Assembly (NCBI GenBank): GCA_965248755.1
Contig: OZ252149.1
Location: 3,744,001-3,808,000 of the forward strand
Direction of reading: 5' to 3'
Length of the DNA stretch: 64,000 bases
Source of the DNA: Candidatus Latescibacterota bacterium
GTDB taxonomy: Bacteria; Latescibacterota; CBDEFO01
Shown here: one piece after another, positions 21,344 to 32,759 of the stretch
Numbering within the stretch: the stretch's first letter is position 1
Layout: the number at the start of each line of letters is the position of its first letter
Translations under genes and position numbers: made by a program
Notes under the pieces: generated by a model
Told to the model about the DNA's origin: nothing
Database searches by the model: none
What the model saw: the letters and a program-made list of their open reading frames with translations, nothing else

Positions 21344-22969
21344 CCCCCATTCGCCATATTAGACCCGAAAAATGGTTGTCAAAGTCGCCAGAACATGTTA
21401 TATTACAATAAATAAGACTCATAAATGGCGGATAAATATTGATCATCCAGAGGGTGAAAGAATGAAAGTAGGTTTTGATGGAGGAATAAAGCTTGAATTT
21501 CATGGTGCAAAGGTGACATCAAACGGTGGACTTCTTGCGTATCGTGACCTTGATTACGCACTGGGATTATTTGATTCGGTATCAGCGGTTTTTACCGATA
21601 AACGCACAGGCCGTAATATCCAACATGATATATCTACTCTCCTGCGTCAATCGATATACAGCCGTCTTGCAGGATATGAAGATGTAAATGACGCCGAGCG
21701 ATTATCCGTTGATCCCGTCATGCGAGCGATTACCGGAAAGAAGGACAAAGGCAGGCAAGCTGCCAGCTCCAACACGATAGGACGTTTTGAAACTGATATA
21801 CTGACTCAGCATGACAATCTCAGAAACTTGTCAGATATCAATGGCAAGTGGGTTCAAAAAGCGATGAGTAAAACACAGCATCAACGAATCATTCTGGACA
21901 TGGACAGTTCGGAGAGTCCGGTACATGGCCAGCAGGAAGGATCAGCTTACAACGGTCATTTCGGATGTACCTGTTTTCATCCAGTGTTCTGCTTCAATCA
22001 GTTCGGGGATTGTGAAGGAGTCCTACTTCGCTCTGGTAATGTTCACAGTGCTGATCGTTGGAAGGAAGTTCTGGAACCGATCGTCAAGAGATACGAGAGC
22101 AAGAAGAATAGGAAATACTTTCGAGGCGATGCTGCATTCGCAAAGCCTGAGATTTATGATTATCTGGAGGGAAACGGCTATTTGTATGCCATTCGGCTTC
22201 CCGCAAATGAGATACTCTATGAAAAGATACGATACCTGCTGACTCGGCCAGTTGGACGACCGCCGAGGAAACCGATTGTATCGTTATATGAATTTCAATA
22301 TAAAGCGGCCAGTTGGGATCAATCGAGGCGAGTGGTCGCCAAGGTTGAATGGCACCAAGGGGAGTTATTCCCAAGAGTGGGATTTATCGTGACCAACATG
22401 AGCGCCAAGCCAGAAGGCGTGGTACACTTCTACAATGGCCGTGGCAGAGCTGAGCAGTGGATTAAGGAGGGCAAGTATGCTCTGAACTGGACCCGACTCT
22501 CATGCAAGCGTTTCGTCTCCAATCAGGTGAGGCTCTGGCTGTTTGTTCTGGCTTACAACTTGGGCAACTTCCTGCGACGTTTTGTTCTTCCGAAGAAAAT
22601 CAAACACTGGTCACTACGCAGCCTCCTCGTGAAATTTATCAAAATCGGAGCGAAGATTGTCAGACACAGCGGATATATTACGTTTCAAATGGCTGAGGTT
22701 GGGATAGACAAGAGGTTATTTGCCGAAATATTATCCCGGATTGAACGATTGCGATGTTATTCTGTTTAAACTGCCACATTTTTTTGTGAGTCGATGGAGA
22801 GGTGTCTCTAATTGGAGGATTTAAACACAAAGAAAGTGATAATTCAGAGGAAAATACTATTTTAATTGAAAAAAGTACTTGTTGAAAAATGTAAAAGTGG
22901 TAATATTAATTCAGAAACAAGAATGTATCGAAATATAATCCCTCATGAATGTGATATGGGGAATGTCGG
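21344..22969 (+). mobile_element. IS1380-family insertion sequence, copy 3 (plus 98-bp passenger to 23067)
   Basis: Same ends; CTTAG at 21339-21343 and 23068-23072. Confidence 0.92.
21372..22769 (+). CDS. IS1380-family transposase
   Basis: Protein identical to 3019..4416. Confidence 0.92.
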   Translation: MVVKVARTCYITINKTHKWRINIDHPEGERMKVGFDGGIKLEFHGAKVTSNGGLLAYRDLDYALGLFDSVSAVFTDKRTGRNIQHDISTLLRQSIYSRLAGYEDVNDAERLSVDPVMRAITGKKDKGRQAASSNTIGRFETDILTQHDNLRNLSDINGKWVQKAMSKTQHQRIILDMDSSESPVHGQQEGSAYNGHFGCTCFHPVFCFNQFGDCEGVLLRSGNVHSADRWKEVLEPIVKRYESKKNRKYFRGDAAFAKPEIYDYLEGNGYLYAIRLPANEILYEKIRYLLTRPVGRPPRKPIVSLYEFQYKAASWDQSRRVVAKVEWHQGELFPRVGFIVTNMSAKPEGVVHFYNGRGRAEQWIKEGKYALNWTRLSCKRFVSNQVRLWLFVLAYNLGNFLRRFVLPKKIKHWSLRSLLVKFIKIGAKIVRHSGYITFQMAEVGIDKRLFAEILSRIERLRCYSV

Positions 22970-23381
22970 TCGAATCTATTATAGGTCTTCCAGGCGTTGC
23001 TCCACATGTCCATACACTCCACTTTGTGCTTGGCGTACTGAACGCGCTGGAACTGGTATTTTCCGCGCTTAGATGTCTTCGGAAGTTCATCTCCGATAGA
23101 TTCAATCGGGGAGAAGTCTGCCAATTGGGATCCTAAATTCGACTTGAATAACGATGGGAACGTTGGGCTTTCGGATTTTGTGGTTTTCCTGGATAACTTC
23201 GACAGAGAATGCTAAGAAAAGTAGACAGTAGACAGTAGACAGGGAAAAGCAAAGGCAAAGACAGATACACGTGTTTGCCCCTACAGCTCCGCCGTTCTAT
23301 GTGGGGGCGAATGCATGGGGTTCGCCCGGCAGACTATGAATAGGTCCATCTCAGGGAGTCAGAAGATAAGGAGTTGCAGCT

Positions 23382-23915
23382 ATGGTTAAAGTAGGACAGA
23401 CGAGCCTGGAAGTGGTCATGGGAGATATTGCGGACAGCGATACAGAGGCGGTCGTAAACGCTGCGAATGATCGCCTGTGGATGGGGAGCGTAGTCGCCGG
23501 AGCGATCAAAAGGAATGGCGGAAAGATAATTGAGGATGAAGCGGTAGCTTTGGGGCCTATTCCTATTGGCGAAGCTGTGGTCACATCCGGGGGCAATCTG
23601 AAGGACAAGTACGTGATTCACGCCGCCGGGATGGGTCAGGAGTTGAAGACGGATGAGGAGACGGTAAAACTGGCGACGAAGAACAGTCTTCATAAGGGCC
23701 GAGGAAAAGGGGATAGAGTCTCTGGCACTCCCCGCCATAGGGACAGGAGTGGGTGGACTTTCTATAGATAGATGTGCGAAGGTTATGGTGGATGCGGCCG
23801 GGGATCATCTGATGGAGACAAAGTGCTTAAAGAGAGTTGCTTCGCGCTCTTCGACCAACCGGCGTATAGTGCGTTTCACAATTATCTAGTGGCAAAGTTC
23901 AGCTCTGGGGAGTAA
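23382..23915 (+). pseudogene. Macrodomain (Appr-1-p processing family) protein with two apparent frameshifts
   Basis: GDI, AVVNAAN, VAGAI and VIHAA motifs; continues as SLALPAIGTGVGG after about 23697 and as FALFD after about 23840. Confidence 0.8.
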
Positions 23916-26381
23916 TTGAGTCTTAGCGATATGAGTGGGGCAAGGTCTGTTGAGAATGCGATAAAGTCGGGGATTCTGGCTTTGGCGGTGCTGGTTCCGT
24001 TAGCGGTTGTGCCGAACGCGGACGATGCGACGTTAGCTAAGGAGATTGTAGTCGACGCAGTTGTGTTCGGCTGTGCCCTGCTGTGGGCGATGGGCTCAGG
24101 CAAAGTGGCGATGACCTTCAAGAGGACGCCGGTGGATCTGATGATAGGGGTGTATTTTGTCCTCGGGGCCAGCTCGGTATTGACCTCGGATTATGCCTAT
24201 GCGGGGATAGACAGGTTGTTGAGGTTGGGGGCTTATTTTACGCTCTTTTTCCTGTGTGTAAACTTTCTAAGGGACCGGAAAGATGTCGAGAGGATAATGT
24301 GGGGAGTTGTAGTCTCGGGGGCGATTGTATCAGTTTACGGCATAGTTCAATATTCGGGGCACGGATTTTTGTTCCCCATGGAAGGAGAGAGTTTTAGACT
24401 TAATTATGAGCCGAGGAGCTTTTCAACCTTGGGTCATCCGAATCTTTTCGGCGGGTTCACAGTCATAGCTATTTTTATGTGTTTGGGGCTCTTTTTAGGG
24501 TGCGAAAGGGGCCAAAACGTATGGAGAAGATTATTCTTAGGTGGGGCTATGGGCATTATGGTTATAGCTCTGCTTATGAGCAAAAGCAGGGGGGCGTGGA
24601 TAGGATTTGCATGTGGTCTGGGTTCGGTTATGTTGATGAATGTAGGCTGGATCATAAGGAGAATATGGGCACTTGCCGCCGGAGGTGTGGTTCTGGCGGC
24701 TCTCCTCTATTTTGCCCTGCCGGATTGGGTGGGGGAGAGGTTGATATCGGGAGCAGCCGTGCGTTCCAGGCTGGTTATGTGGGATGGGGCACTGGAAATG
24801 GTTGGGGATAGTCCTCTATTTGGGAAGGGGATAGGCCTCTTCAGGGTCTATTTCCCCGAGTACAGGGGTAACGACTACTGGCTGAAGGGCGTGGATCAGA
24901 ATGTAGGACACGCCCATAACGAATTCCTGGAGGTTATGTCAGAGATGGGGATATTGGGGTTAGGGGCTTTTCTGGGGATTCTGGCTCTATTTTTTGTGCA
25001 GGTAAAAAGGTTTATGGAGACAAGCCAGGACAGGAAAGCGACGCTGCTTGTGGTGAGTCTCTCGGCGGGGATGATCGGGACGCTGACTCACAGCTTGGTG
25101 AGTGTGGGGATGCGTTTTACCTCTACGGGGACGTTCTTCTACCTTTCGATGGGTCTGGCTATGGCCCTGATGGCGGTTAAATTTGACTGGAATTCGATCA
25201 AGCTCCCCCAAGTCGGGAGATTAGCCGTAGGTTTATGTGCAGCAGCGGTTCTTTCCGTATCCATGTATAAGGACGTGAGGGCCTCCCTCTCGGAGATATT
25301 TCTTCTGAACGGTAAGTTCGAAATGGCAGATGGCCGTCTCCTGGAGTCACAGAAGGAGTTGAAAAGGGCCGCAGAGTTAAACGAGCACAATCTGAAGGCT
25401 CTGTATAAGCTTGGAGCTGTCCACATAGGACTGAGGGATTTCGATTCCGCTTTGGATGTGTACGAGCGTCTTGGGAAACTGGCACCAAACTATGCGGAGA
25501 TTCATAATAACTTAGGTCTGTCTCATAAGGAGTTGGGGGAAATAGACAGGGCGATTGAGGAGTACAAAAAGGCTGTGGATTTGAGAGACGACGCAGAGAA
25601 CAGATTCGCTCTGGCGCTGCTTTTTGAGATGAAGGGAGACAGAGATGGGATGATCCGGGAATATGAGAGGTTTCTGCCAGTTGCAAGGGCTTCTCTGGAT
25701 CTACATAGAGGATACAGGGATGAGTTTATGGCTTATGAGCGGAGTGAAGATGTGACGGGAGAAGTGGTATTTATAGGCAGGTTGAGCAGCACAATCTCAA
25801 CGACTTACAAGAATTTGATGGGATATTATCAGGAGAATGGACTGTGGGAAAGGGCCGAGTGGGTTCTGAGAGGTTCGATGCCAAAGGCCGATGACGATGG
25901 CAGGGTGCACTATTATTTAGGATGGGTACTGAGCAATCTGGGAAGGCAGGAGGAGGCTAAAGAAGAGTACAGGAGGGCTATTCAGATAGATCCCCGGGAT
26001 GCAAGGAGTATGAATAACCTGGGGTTTTTGTACGCTGATGCCGGAGAAAATCTGGATGAGGCACTATGGCTGATTGGGGAGGCCATAAGGCTGGACAGTT
26101 CCAACAGACTCTATTATTTGGATACGTTGGGATGGGCTTATTGTCAGAAAGGAGATTACGACAAAGCTGTGGAGATCCTCTCGGAGGAGATAGGGGAGGC
26201 ATCTAGAGATGGGAGATATGGATCTCTAACAGGTGAGATGGCGTATCATCTGGGCGTGGCTTATCAAAAGTCAGGAAAGCTCCAGGAGGCCAAGAAGGAG
26301 TTTGAGAGGGCTTTAGAGTATGGAGGGACTGCGGCAGCGAAAGCAAAGGGGTTATTGGAAGAGGTAAAGGAAAACAAGTAG
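23916..26381 (+). CDS. O-antigen ligase (Wzy_C)-like membrane protein with C-terminal TPR repeats
   Basis: Multiple TM helices; STLGHPNLFGG, SKSRGAWIG and HAHNEFLEVMSEMGILG motifs; TPRs such as HNNLGL and LDTLGWAY. Confidence 0.88.
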   Translation: MSLSDMSGARSVENAIKSGILALAVLVPLAVVPNADDATLAKEIVVDAVVFGCALLWAMGSGKVAMTFKRTPVDLMIGVYFVLGASSVLTSDYAYAGIDRLLRLGAYFTLFFLCVNFLRDRKDVERIMWGVVVSGAIVSVYGIVQYSGHGFLFPMEGESFRLNYEPRSFSTLGHPNLFGGFTVIAIFMCLGLFLGCERGQNVWRRLFLGGAMGIMVIALLMSKSRGAWIGFACGLGSVMLMNVGWIIRRIWALAAGGVVLAALLYFALPDWVGERLISGAAVRSRLVMWDGALEMVGDSPLFGKGIGLFRVYFPEYRGNDYWLKGVDQNVGHAHNEFLEVMSEMGILGLGAFLGILALFFVQVKRFMETSQDRKATLLVVSLSAGMIGTLTHSLVSVGMRFTSTGTFFYLSMGLAMALMAVKFDWNSIKLPQVGRLAVGLCAAAVLSVSMYKDVRASLSEIFLLNGKFEMADGRLLESQKELKRAAELNEHNLKALYKLGAVHIGLRDFDSALDVYERLGKLAPNYAEIHNNLGLSHKELGEIDRAIEEYKKAVDLRDDAENRFALALLFEMKGDRDGMIREYERFLPVARASLDLHRGYRDEFMAYERSEDVTGEVVFIGRLSSTISTTYKNLMGYYQENGLWERAEWVLRGSMPKADDDGRVHYYLGWVLSNLGRQEEAKEEYRRAIQIDPRDARSMNNLGFLYADAGENLDEALWLIGEAIRLDSSNRLYYLDTLGWAYCQKGDYDKAVEILSEEIGEASRDGRYGSLTGEMAYHLGVAYQKSGKLQEAKKEFERALEYGGTAAAKAKGLLEEVKENK

Positions 26382-26699
26382 ACAGGGCACATCCTCTCTT
26401 CCTTAAATGTAGGGGCTGGGTAACCCAGCGCATGGGCGAGCGACCCCCCGATAGAATCATTCGGGGGCAGGCCTCGTCCTTATATAGACCGGATGAATCG
26501 GGCGTGTCAGACAGGGATATCTGACCCAACAAGTTTGGTACAGTACAAAGAGTGTGTTGATAAGGTGGCTGGTAAGACAGACACTTTTGTCTGTCTTACT
26601 GAAGGCAAGCGCAAGCAATAATTACCGTAATTGCGATCCCCGATTGAGTCTATTGGGGATTCAGTTAGGGGTCGGGGATAGCGAAGCAATCTCTACTAT

Positions 26700-27869
26700 T
26701 TGTTGGCTAATTTGTCTGGGAGTTGGCAACTGGATATTGTATTCTTTTCCCCTGTGGATTGGGACGCCCTGAGGCAGAGGCATCAGCAGTTGGCAGAGAG
26801 GCTGGCGTCCCTCGACAGGGTCTTATTCGTGGAGCCTGCGAAGAACCTGTTTTCTCTTTTGCGGAGTCAGCGCGTCCGCTCCCTGTCCTTCGGATGGATG
26901 AGCGGAGCAAGGCGCATAGGGCAGAATCTCTTTGTATACGCTCCACCGCCGTCGCTTCCTCTGCGAAGTGTCTTTCGGCCCATAAACAGGCTGGCATATG
27001 GGGCACTCGGCTGTTCTGTCGGGAGGATAGCTCGAAGATTAGGGTTTCAGGACATCGTTTTATGGGCGGGCTATCCGAACGTGGTGGATGCAATCGGTGG
27101 AGTCAGTCCGGCGACGGTGTGCTACGACTGTGCGGACAGGCATTCGGAGAGCCATAAGGCAGTGGGCAGGAAGAACCTGGAGGCGATGGAGGAGGAGTTG
27201 TGCAGGAGGGCAGATGTGGTCTTTGCCGCCAGTGAGGGTCTTTGTAGGTTGATGAAAAGTTACAGCAAGAACGTGCTTTTGTTGCCGAACGGGTCCGATC
27301 CCAACGTATGTGAAAGCGCACAAGAGCTGCCCCGTGATATGGAGGGGGTAAAGGGACCTATCTTAGGATTTGTGGGGGCGCTAAATCACAGAGTTGACGC
27401 GGATTTGATCGAGTACGTAGCTTCGGTCCGGAGGCAATGGTCTCTGGTGCTGGTCGGACCTTGTGATAAGGATATTGGCAGGAAGTTAGAGGGGATAGAC
27501 AATGTGCATCTATTTGGGAGGAGAGATTACGAGGAGATTCACAGTTACATCGCGTCTTTTGATGCGTGTCTCCTGCCCTTCAAGGTGAATGAATATGTGG
27601 TCTGTTCGGACCCTGTAAAGACCTACGATTATCTATCTTTGGGGAAACCGATCGTCTCTGTGGATTTTCCCCATGCCAGGAGATTTGAGGGGCTGATCAG
27701 GATAGGGGAGGACTACGAGGGATTTGTGCGATGTATTGAGGATGTTTTATGCCATAGAGATGAGGGGCTGAAAGTTGAAAGGAGAAAGGTCGCTGAGGAA
27801 AATTCGTGGGATAATAGGGTAGAGATAATAAGGGACATCCTGGCTACCTATCATGTGAATCTATGTTAA
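26700..27869 (+). CDS. Glycosyltransferase, GT-B fold (TuaH-like)
   Basis: W..LRQRHQQLA, YDCAD, LPNGSD, GFVGAL and DPVKTYDYLSLGKPIVS motifs. Confidence 0.85.
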   Translation: MLANLSGSWQLDIVFFSPVDWDALRQRHQQLAERLASLDRVLFVEPAKNLFSLLRSQRVRSLSFGWMSGARRIGQNLFVYAPPPSLPLRSVFRPINRLAYGALGCSVGRIARRLGFQDIVLWAGYPNVVDAIGGVSPATVCYDCADRHSESHKAVGRKNLEAMEEELCRRADVVFAASEGLCRLMKSYSKNVLLLPNGSDPNVCESAQELPRDMEGVKGPILGFVGALNHRVDADLIEYVASVRRQWSLVLVGPCDKDIGRKLEGIDNVHLFGRRDYEEIHSYIASFDACLLPFKVNEYVVCSDPVKTYDYLSLGKPIVSVDFPHARRFEGLIRIGEDYEGFVRCIEDVLCHRDEGLKVERRKVAEENSWDNRVEIIRDILATYHVNLC

Positions 27870-29651
27870 ATGAATACTTCCAAAACCGTTTTAGACTAAC
27901 GGCCGCCCGCGTATATACTACTCTGGCACTATTGGTCGCTTTTAATGCGTCTGCCTATGCGCAGGATCTTTTCGGACCCAAGACTGATTATGCCGCTGGG
28001 AAAACTCCTCGATCAGTCTTCAGTATAGATTTAGATGGGGATAGGGATAATGACCTGGCTGTGGCTAATCTATTCAGCAATAATGTATCACTATTGATGA
28101 ATAATGGAGATGGGACATTTGCACCTAAGGTGGACTATGATGTTGGAGATTTTCCACGTTCAGTATTCAGTGCAGATTTAGATGGGGATGGAGATAATGA
28201 CTTGGTTACGGCCAATAAGGTCGGCAATAATGTATCAGTGTTGTTGAATAATGGAGATGGCACCCTTGCACCTAAGGTGGACTATACCACTGGGAATAAC
28301 CCCATATCAGTATTCAGTGCAGATTTAGATGGGGATGGAGATAATGACTTGGTTACGGCCAATGAGGTCGGCAATAATGTGTCAGTGTTGTTGAATAATG
28401 GGGATGGTACATTTGCACCTAAAGTGGACTTTGCCGCAGCGGATGGTCCTAGATCAGTTTTCATTGCAGATTTGGATGGAGATGGAGATAGTGACTTGGC
28501 TGTGGCTAACACATTCAGCGATAATCTATCAGTGTTGTTGAACAATGGAGATGGACAATTTGCAATCAAGGTGGACTATGAAGCTGCGGGTAGTTCAGTA
28601 TTCATTGCAGATTTAGATGGGGACGGAGATAATGACTTGGCTGTGGCTAGTGGAGACATCTTCGGTCGCGGCAATACTGTATCAGTGTTGTTGAATAATG
28701 GGGATGGTACATTTGCACCTAAGGTGGACTTTGCCGCTGGGGATGGTCCCTTATCAGTATTCAGTACAGATTTAGACGGGGATGGAGATAATGACTTAAT
28801 CACAGCTAATTGGTGGAGCAATAATGTATCAGTGTTGTTGAACAATGGTGATGGTACATTTGCACATAAGGTGGACTATACCACTGGGAATAACCCCATA
28901 TCAGTATTCAGTGCAGATTTAGACGGGGATGGAGATAATGACCTGGCTGTGGCTAATGGGAGAAGCGGTAATGTATCAGTGTGTGTTGAATAATGGTGAT
29001 GGTACATTTGCACCTAAGGTGGACTATCCCGCTGGGGATGAACCCCAATCAGTATTCAGTGCGGATTTAGATGGGGATGGAGATAATGACCTGGCTGTGG
29101 CTAATGGGAGAAGCGGTAATGTATCAGTGTTGTCCAATAATGGAGATGGAACATTTGCACCTAAGATGGACTATCCCGCTGGGAGTGGTCCCAATTCAGT
29201 TTTTAGTGCGGATTTAGATGGGGATGGAGATAATGACTTGGCTGTAGCTAATGGGGGTCGCAGGTTCAGGACTAGTACTGTATCAGTGTTGTTGAATAAT
29301 GCAGACGGAACATTTGCATCCAAGGTGGACTATGCTGCTGGGGAGTTTCCCGAGTCAGTTTTCAGTGCGGATTTAGATGGAGATAATGACTTGGTTGTGG
29401 CTAATTTTGATAGCGATGATGTATCAGTCTTGATGAATCGCTCTGATATCCCTGTTGTCGTCCCCAGTCTTGTAGGAGATTTTGATGGGGATAATGAAGT
29501 AGGGCTTTCCGATTTTGTCCTTTTTCTGGATGCGTTCGGGACAACGACCAGTTCAGCCGATTGGGATCCCACATTTGATTTGGATAATGATGGAGCGATC
29601 GGCCTGTCCGACTTTGTGATTTTTCTGGATAACTTCGGCAGGACAGGATAG
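27863..29651 (+). CDS. Secreted FG-GAP/VCBS-repeat protein with C-terminal dockerin-like double EF-hand; apparent +1 frameshift near 28982
   Basis: About ten repeats of SVFSADLDGDGDNDLAVAN...VSVLLNNGDGTFAP; ends GDFDGDNEVGLSDF...DLDNDGAIGLSDF. Confidence 0.82.
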
Positions 29652-29757
29652 TTTTACAGTTAGGCGGATGGATTTGTTAAAACAAGCAAGTTAATATTGA
29701 TGAAATAGGATTATTTTGCAAAGTAGCACTAAATGGATATGGAGATAGGGGATCTGA

Positions 29758-30759
29758 ATGAAAGAGATGAGATATTACGCGGCTGCCTGTCAGACAGATA
29801 TGCCGAACCCCCGAACGAGGGATGAGATTGGAAAACAGACAGATCGGATGATAGAGATGGTAGATCAGGCTGTGGTGGGTTATTCTCCCTTTTTGCCCGT
29901 AAGGTTGTTGGCGTTTCCTGAGTTCGGGCACGCCGCTCCGGTCTATCTTACGGCAAAGGAGCTAAAAGAAAAGCTGGCGGTCCCGATCCCGAACGAGCAT
30001 ACGGACAGGTATATCAGTAAGGCAGAGGAGTATGATGTATATATACAGACGGGAAGTTTTCTGGAGGTCGATCCGAAATGGGCGGATGCGCTCTTTAATA
30101 CTACCTGCCTTATCGGGCCCGAAGGAATTTTGTACAAGTATCGCAAGGTGAATACGTGGATACCCTGGGAGGTTCATACAAGCCCTCACGACGTCGAGGG
30201 TTACGATGAGGAGATCTTCCCGGTCGCCCGGACTCCGATCGGACAGATCGGCGCAGCGATATGTTACGACTGGCTATTTCCTGAGCCCTTGAGGCAGTTG
30301 ACGGCTAACGGAGCGGAGATCTTGGTGAGGGTCTCAGCCTATATGGACCCCTGGGGGGCGTCACAGCCTATGGATTGGTGGACAGTCGTAAACAGATGTC
30401 GGGCGCTCGAGAATATCGCCTACGTCCTGGCGTCGAATCAAGGTGCGTCGCTCTCGAACTATCCTCCCTTTTCCTGGCCCGGAGGCAGTATGGTCGTGGA
30501 TTACGACGGCAGGATCCTGGCGCAGGCTGACCCCGGTCCGGGGGAGAAGATCGTAGTTGCCCCGATAGATGTTGACGCCCTTAGGCACGAGCGAAGGACA
30601 AGACAGGGGCATCAGATGTTAGCTCACCTCAGAACTGAGGCCTATCCGATGTATCGAAAGGGCTTCTACCCGCCGGGGATGTGGACAGATGAGGACAATC
30701 TGACCGTTGAGAAGAATCAGAAAGCTATTGAGGAATCCAAGAGGAGAGTTGGATTTTAA
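29758..30759 (+). CDS. Nitrilase/carbon-nitrogen hydrolase family protein
   Basis: Catalytic triad motifs FPE, YRK and ICYD. Confidence 0.9.
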   Translation: MKEMRYYAAACQTDMPNPRTRDEIGKQTDRMIEMVDQAVVGYSPFLPVRLLAFPEFGHAAPVYLTAKELKEKLAVPIPNEHTDRYISKAEEYDVYIQTGSFLEVDPKWADALFNTTCLIGPEGILYKYRKVNTWIPWEVHTSPHDVEGYDEEIFPVARTPIGQIGAAICYDWLFPEPLRQLTANGAEILVRVSAYMDPWGASQPMDWWTVVNRCRALENIAYVLASNQGASLSNYPPFSWPGGSMVVDYDGRILAQADPGPGEKIVVAPIDVDALRHERRTRQGHQMLAHLRTEAYPMYRKGFYPPGMWTDEDNLTVEKNQKAIEESKRRVGF

Positions 30760-31864
30760 AGGCACAGCCTGCGGCAGAAAGATAAGGGTGGCTTACGTGA
30801 TAGCGGCGTATGCTATAGGGGGGGCAGAGAGGCACGTGATGAATTTAGCCTCAGGATTGAACACGGATCTATTTGAGATCCTGGTTTTAGCCCCTGAGGG
30901 GAGGTTTGCGGATTGTCTGAGGAAGATGGGAATCCAGGTGCGCCCCGTGCAGATGCGGAGCAAGTGGGATCTGTGGGCTGTTGTAGAATTGTTCAGAAAG
31001 TTGAGGCAGTTTAGTTCGGACGTGGTTCACACACACGACAGCAGGGGAAATCTGTTCGGAAGGATCGCCGGGACTTGTTCGAGGGCGAAGGTCGTAGTAT
31101 CCACGGTGCACGCAAGTCCGACGGCGAGGAGAGGAGTCTTCGGTAGTCTCTATCTTCTTGCCGATAGGATTACGGCGAAATTGAGCGATGTGGTGGTGGC
31201 TGTGTCGGACCATATTAAAGATGAGATTACAGCCGCTCCCAGAGTTGTGACGATTCCTCCGGGTGTGGATTTGAAGAGCTTTGACAATACAGAGAGGAGG
31301 CCCGACAATCAGGGCATAAGATTGGGAATGGTGGGCAGATTGGAGCGGATAAAAGGGCCCGACATCGTATTCCGGGCTATGCCGAAGGTTGTAAAGCGCC
31401 TGCCCGACGTGAAACTGTACGTGATAGGGGAGGGTTCTATGCTCGACGAACTGAACGAGATGGCAAGGATGGGGAATTTCTCAGATAGCGTGAATTTTAT
31501 AGGGTACAGTGATAATGTGGCAAAGTGTCTGAAGGCAGTGGATATTCTGGTGTGTGGGTCAAGGTCTGAGGGATTTGGACTGGCGGCAGCTGAGGCGATG
31601 GCTATGGGGATACCGGTTGTGGGTTCGGATGTCGGAGGTATGAGGGAGGTGGTAGAAAACGGCGTCACGGGGTATCTCGTGCCAGTTGAAGATACAGAAG
31701 CCCTGGCCGAAGCCATTGTAGAGATCGCTCAGGATGTAGAGAAAGCCCGAAGGATGGGAGAAGCAGGGGGGCATAGGATGCGGAAGCATTTTGGAATGGA
31801 CGGTGTGGTCAACACGATAGAGGATCTCTATCTGGACTGTCTAAAGAGGAGGGCGTTATCTTGA
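30707..31864 (+). CDS. GT4-family glycosyltransferase
   Basis: GGAERH, VGRLERIKG and EGFGLAAAEAMAMG motifs. Confidence 0.9.
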   Translation: MRRIRKLLRNPRGELDFKGTACGRKIRVAYVIAAYAIGGAERHVMNLASGLNTDLFEILVLAPEGRFADCLRKMGIQVRPVQMRSKWDLWAVVELFRKLRQFSSDVVHTHDSRGNLFGRIAGTCSRAKVVVSTVHASPTARRGVFGSLYLLADRITAKLSDVVVAVSDHIKDEITAAPRVVTIPPGVDLKSFDNTERRPDNQGIRLGMVGRLERIKGPDIVFRAMPKVVKRLPDVKLYVIGEGSMLDELNEMARMGNFSDSVNFIGYSDNVAKCLKAVDILVCGSRSEGFGLAAAEAMAMGIPVVGSDVGGMREVVENGVTGYLVPVEDTEALAEAIVEIAQDVEKARRMGEAGGHRMRKHFGMDGVVNTIEDLYLDCLKRRALS

Positions 31865-32751
31865 GAACGGGTTTAGGTTTAGAGCCTGTATTCTGTGCTC
31901 TACTCAGGGAGTCAGGAAGGGGAGGCAGGAATGTCGGTGTCTACCCCCGATTCAATCTATCGGGGGCTGCTGTCTATATCTTTTTGCTTGTGTGCACAGT
32001 TTCCACGGCATCTGCTCAGGTCACCTTGAGTATCCCTGAGGTTGCTGTGATGCCGGGGGATAAGGGAGTCGTTATCCCGATTCAGATGGATAACAGTTCA
32101 GGAACTGTCAAAGGGATTCAGGTGTTCTTGGAGTTCGATAGTATGAGTATAGATATAACTGATGTGCAAGTATCCCAGAGAGTTGAACATATATCGAGTT
32201 TCTTGTTTAATGTCCTGCCAAACGAGTTGAGGTTAGTTATCCTGGATTTCGGAGGAAATGTCGTGGATGAGGGAGCAGGACCGATAGCCTTTATGGTCAT
32301 CGATGTATCGGACCGCCTGACGGGGAATCGAAAGATACCTCTCGGGTTCATAAGACAGACGCCTGCTGTGACTGTGGTGATAGACGAGCACAACGAGGAA
32401 TACGACCTGATTTTGATAGATGGGGGATTGAATGTACTGAGTACGGATGTAGTTGAAAAAGACGATGAACCCATGAAATATGCACTGTCGCAGAACTATC
32501 CGAATCCGTTTAATCCAGGGACAGTGATTCGTTACAGCATCGCTGAGGATAACTATGTGAAGCTGGACGTTTACGATATTTTGGGACGTCTGGTAGTTAC
32601 TCTGGTGGATTCTTACATAACCGCGGGATTCTACAGCGTCAATTGGGATGGGAAAGATAGTTGGGGGAAGGATGTGGCAAGTGGCGTCTATATATATAGA
32701 ATACGATCCGGGTATTTTCTGTCTGTGCGGAGGATGACGCTCGTAAGGTAG
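31861..32751 (+). CDS. Small secreted cohesin plus NYPNPFNP/FlgD-Ig sorting-domain protein
   Basis: ASAQVTLSIP...VKGIQVFLEFD cohesin-like domain; YALSQNYPNPFNP...SGVYIYRI. Confidence 0.82.
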   Translation: MRTGLGLEPVFCALLRESGRGGRNVGVYPRFNLSGAAVYIFLLVCTVSTASAQVTLSIPEVAVMPGDKGVVIPIQMDNSSGTVKGIQVFLEFDSMSIDITDVQVSQRVEHISSFLFNVLPNELRLVILDFGGNVVDEGAGPIAFMVIDVSDRLTGNRKIPLGFIRQTPAVTVVIDEHNEEYDLILIDGGLNVLSTDVVEKDDEPMKYALSQNYPNPFNPGTVIRYSIAEDNYVKLDVYDILGRLVVTLVDSYITAGFYSVNWDGKDSWGKDVASGVYIYRIRSGYFLSVRRMTLVR

Positions 32752-32759
32752 TCGGGAAC

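Larger units (their letters stand above)
19444..23215 (+). pseudogene. Secreted protein (cohesin, four Ig/ASH domains, dockerin-like double EF-hand) split by IS copy 3 plus passenger
   Basis: 19444-21343 plus 23073-23215 is 2043 nt in frame: ...GDFDYDCDIDLEDFVFFL|DVFGSSSPIDSIGEKSANWDPKFDLNNDGNVGLSDFVVFLDNF. Confidence 0.85.

Noticed and set aside
23221..23241. gtagacagtagacagtagac short repeats (also near 17270 and 63580)
   Set aside because: Too short and low in complexity to assign a function from this window.
28000..29430. CRISPR or satellite array
   Set aside because: In-frame FG-GAP/VCBS coding repeats.
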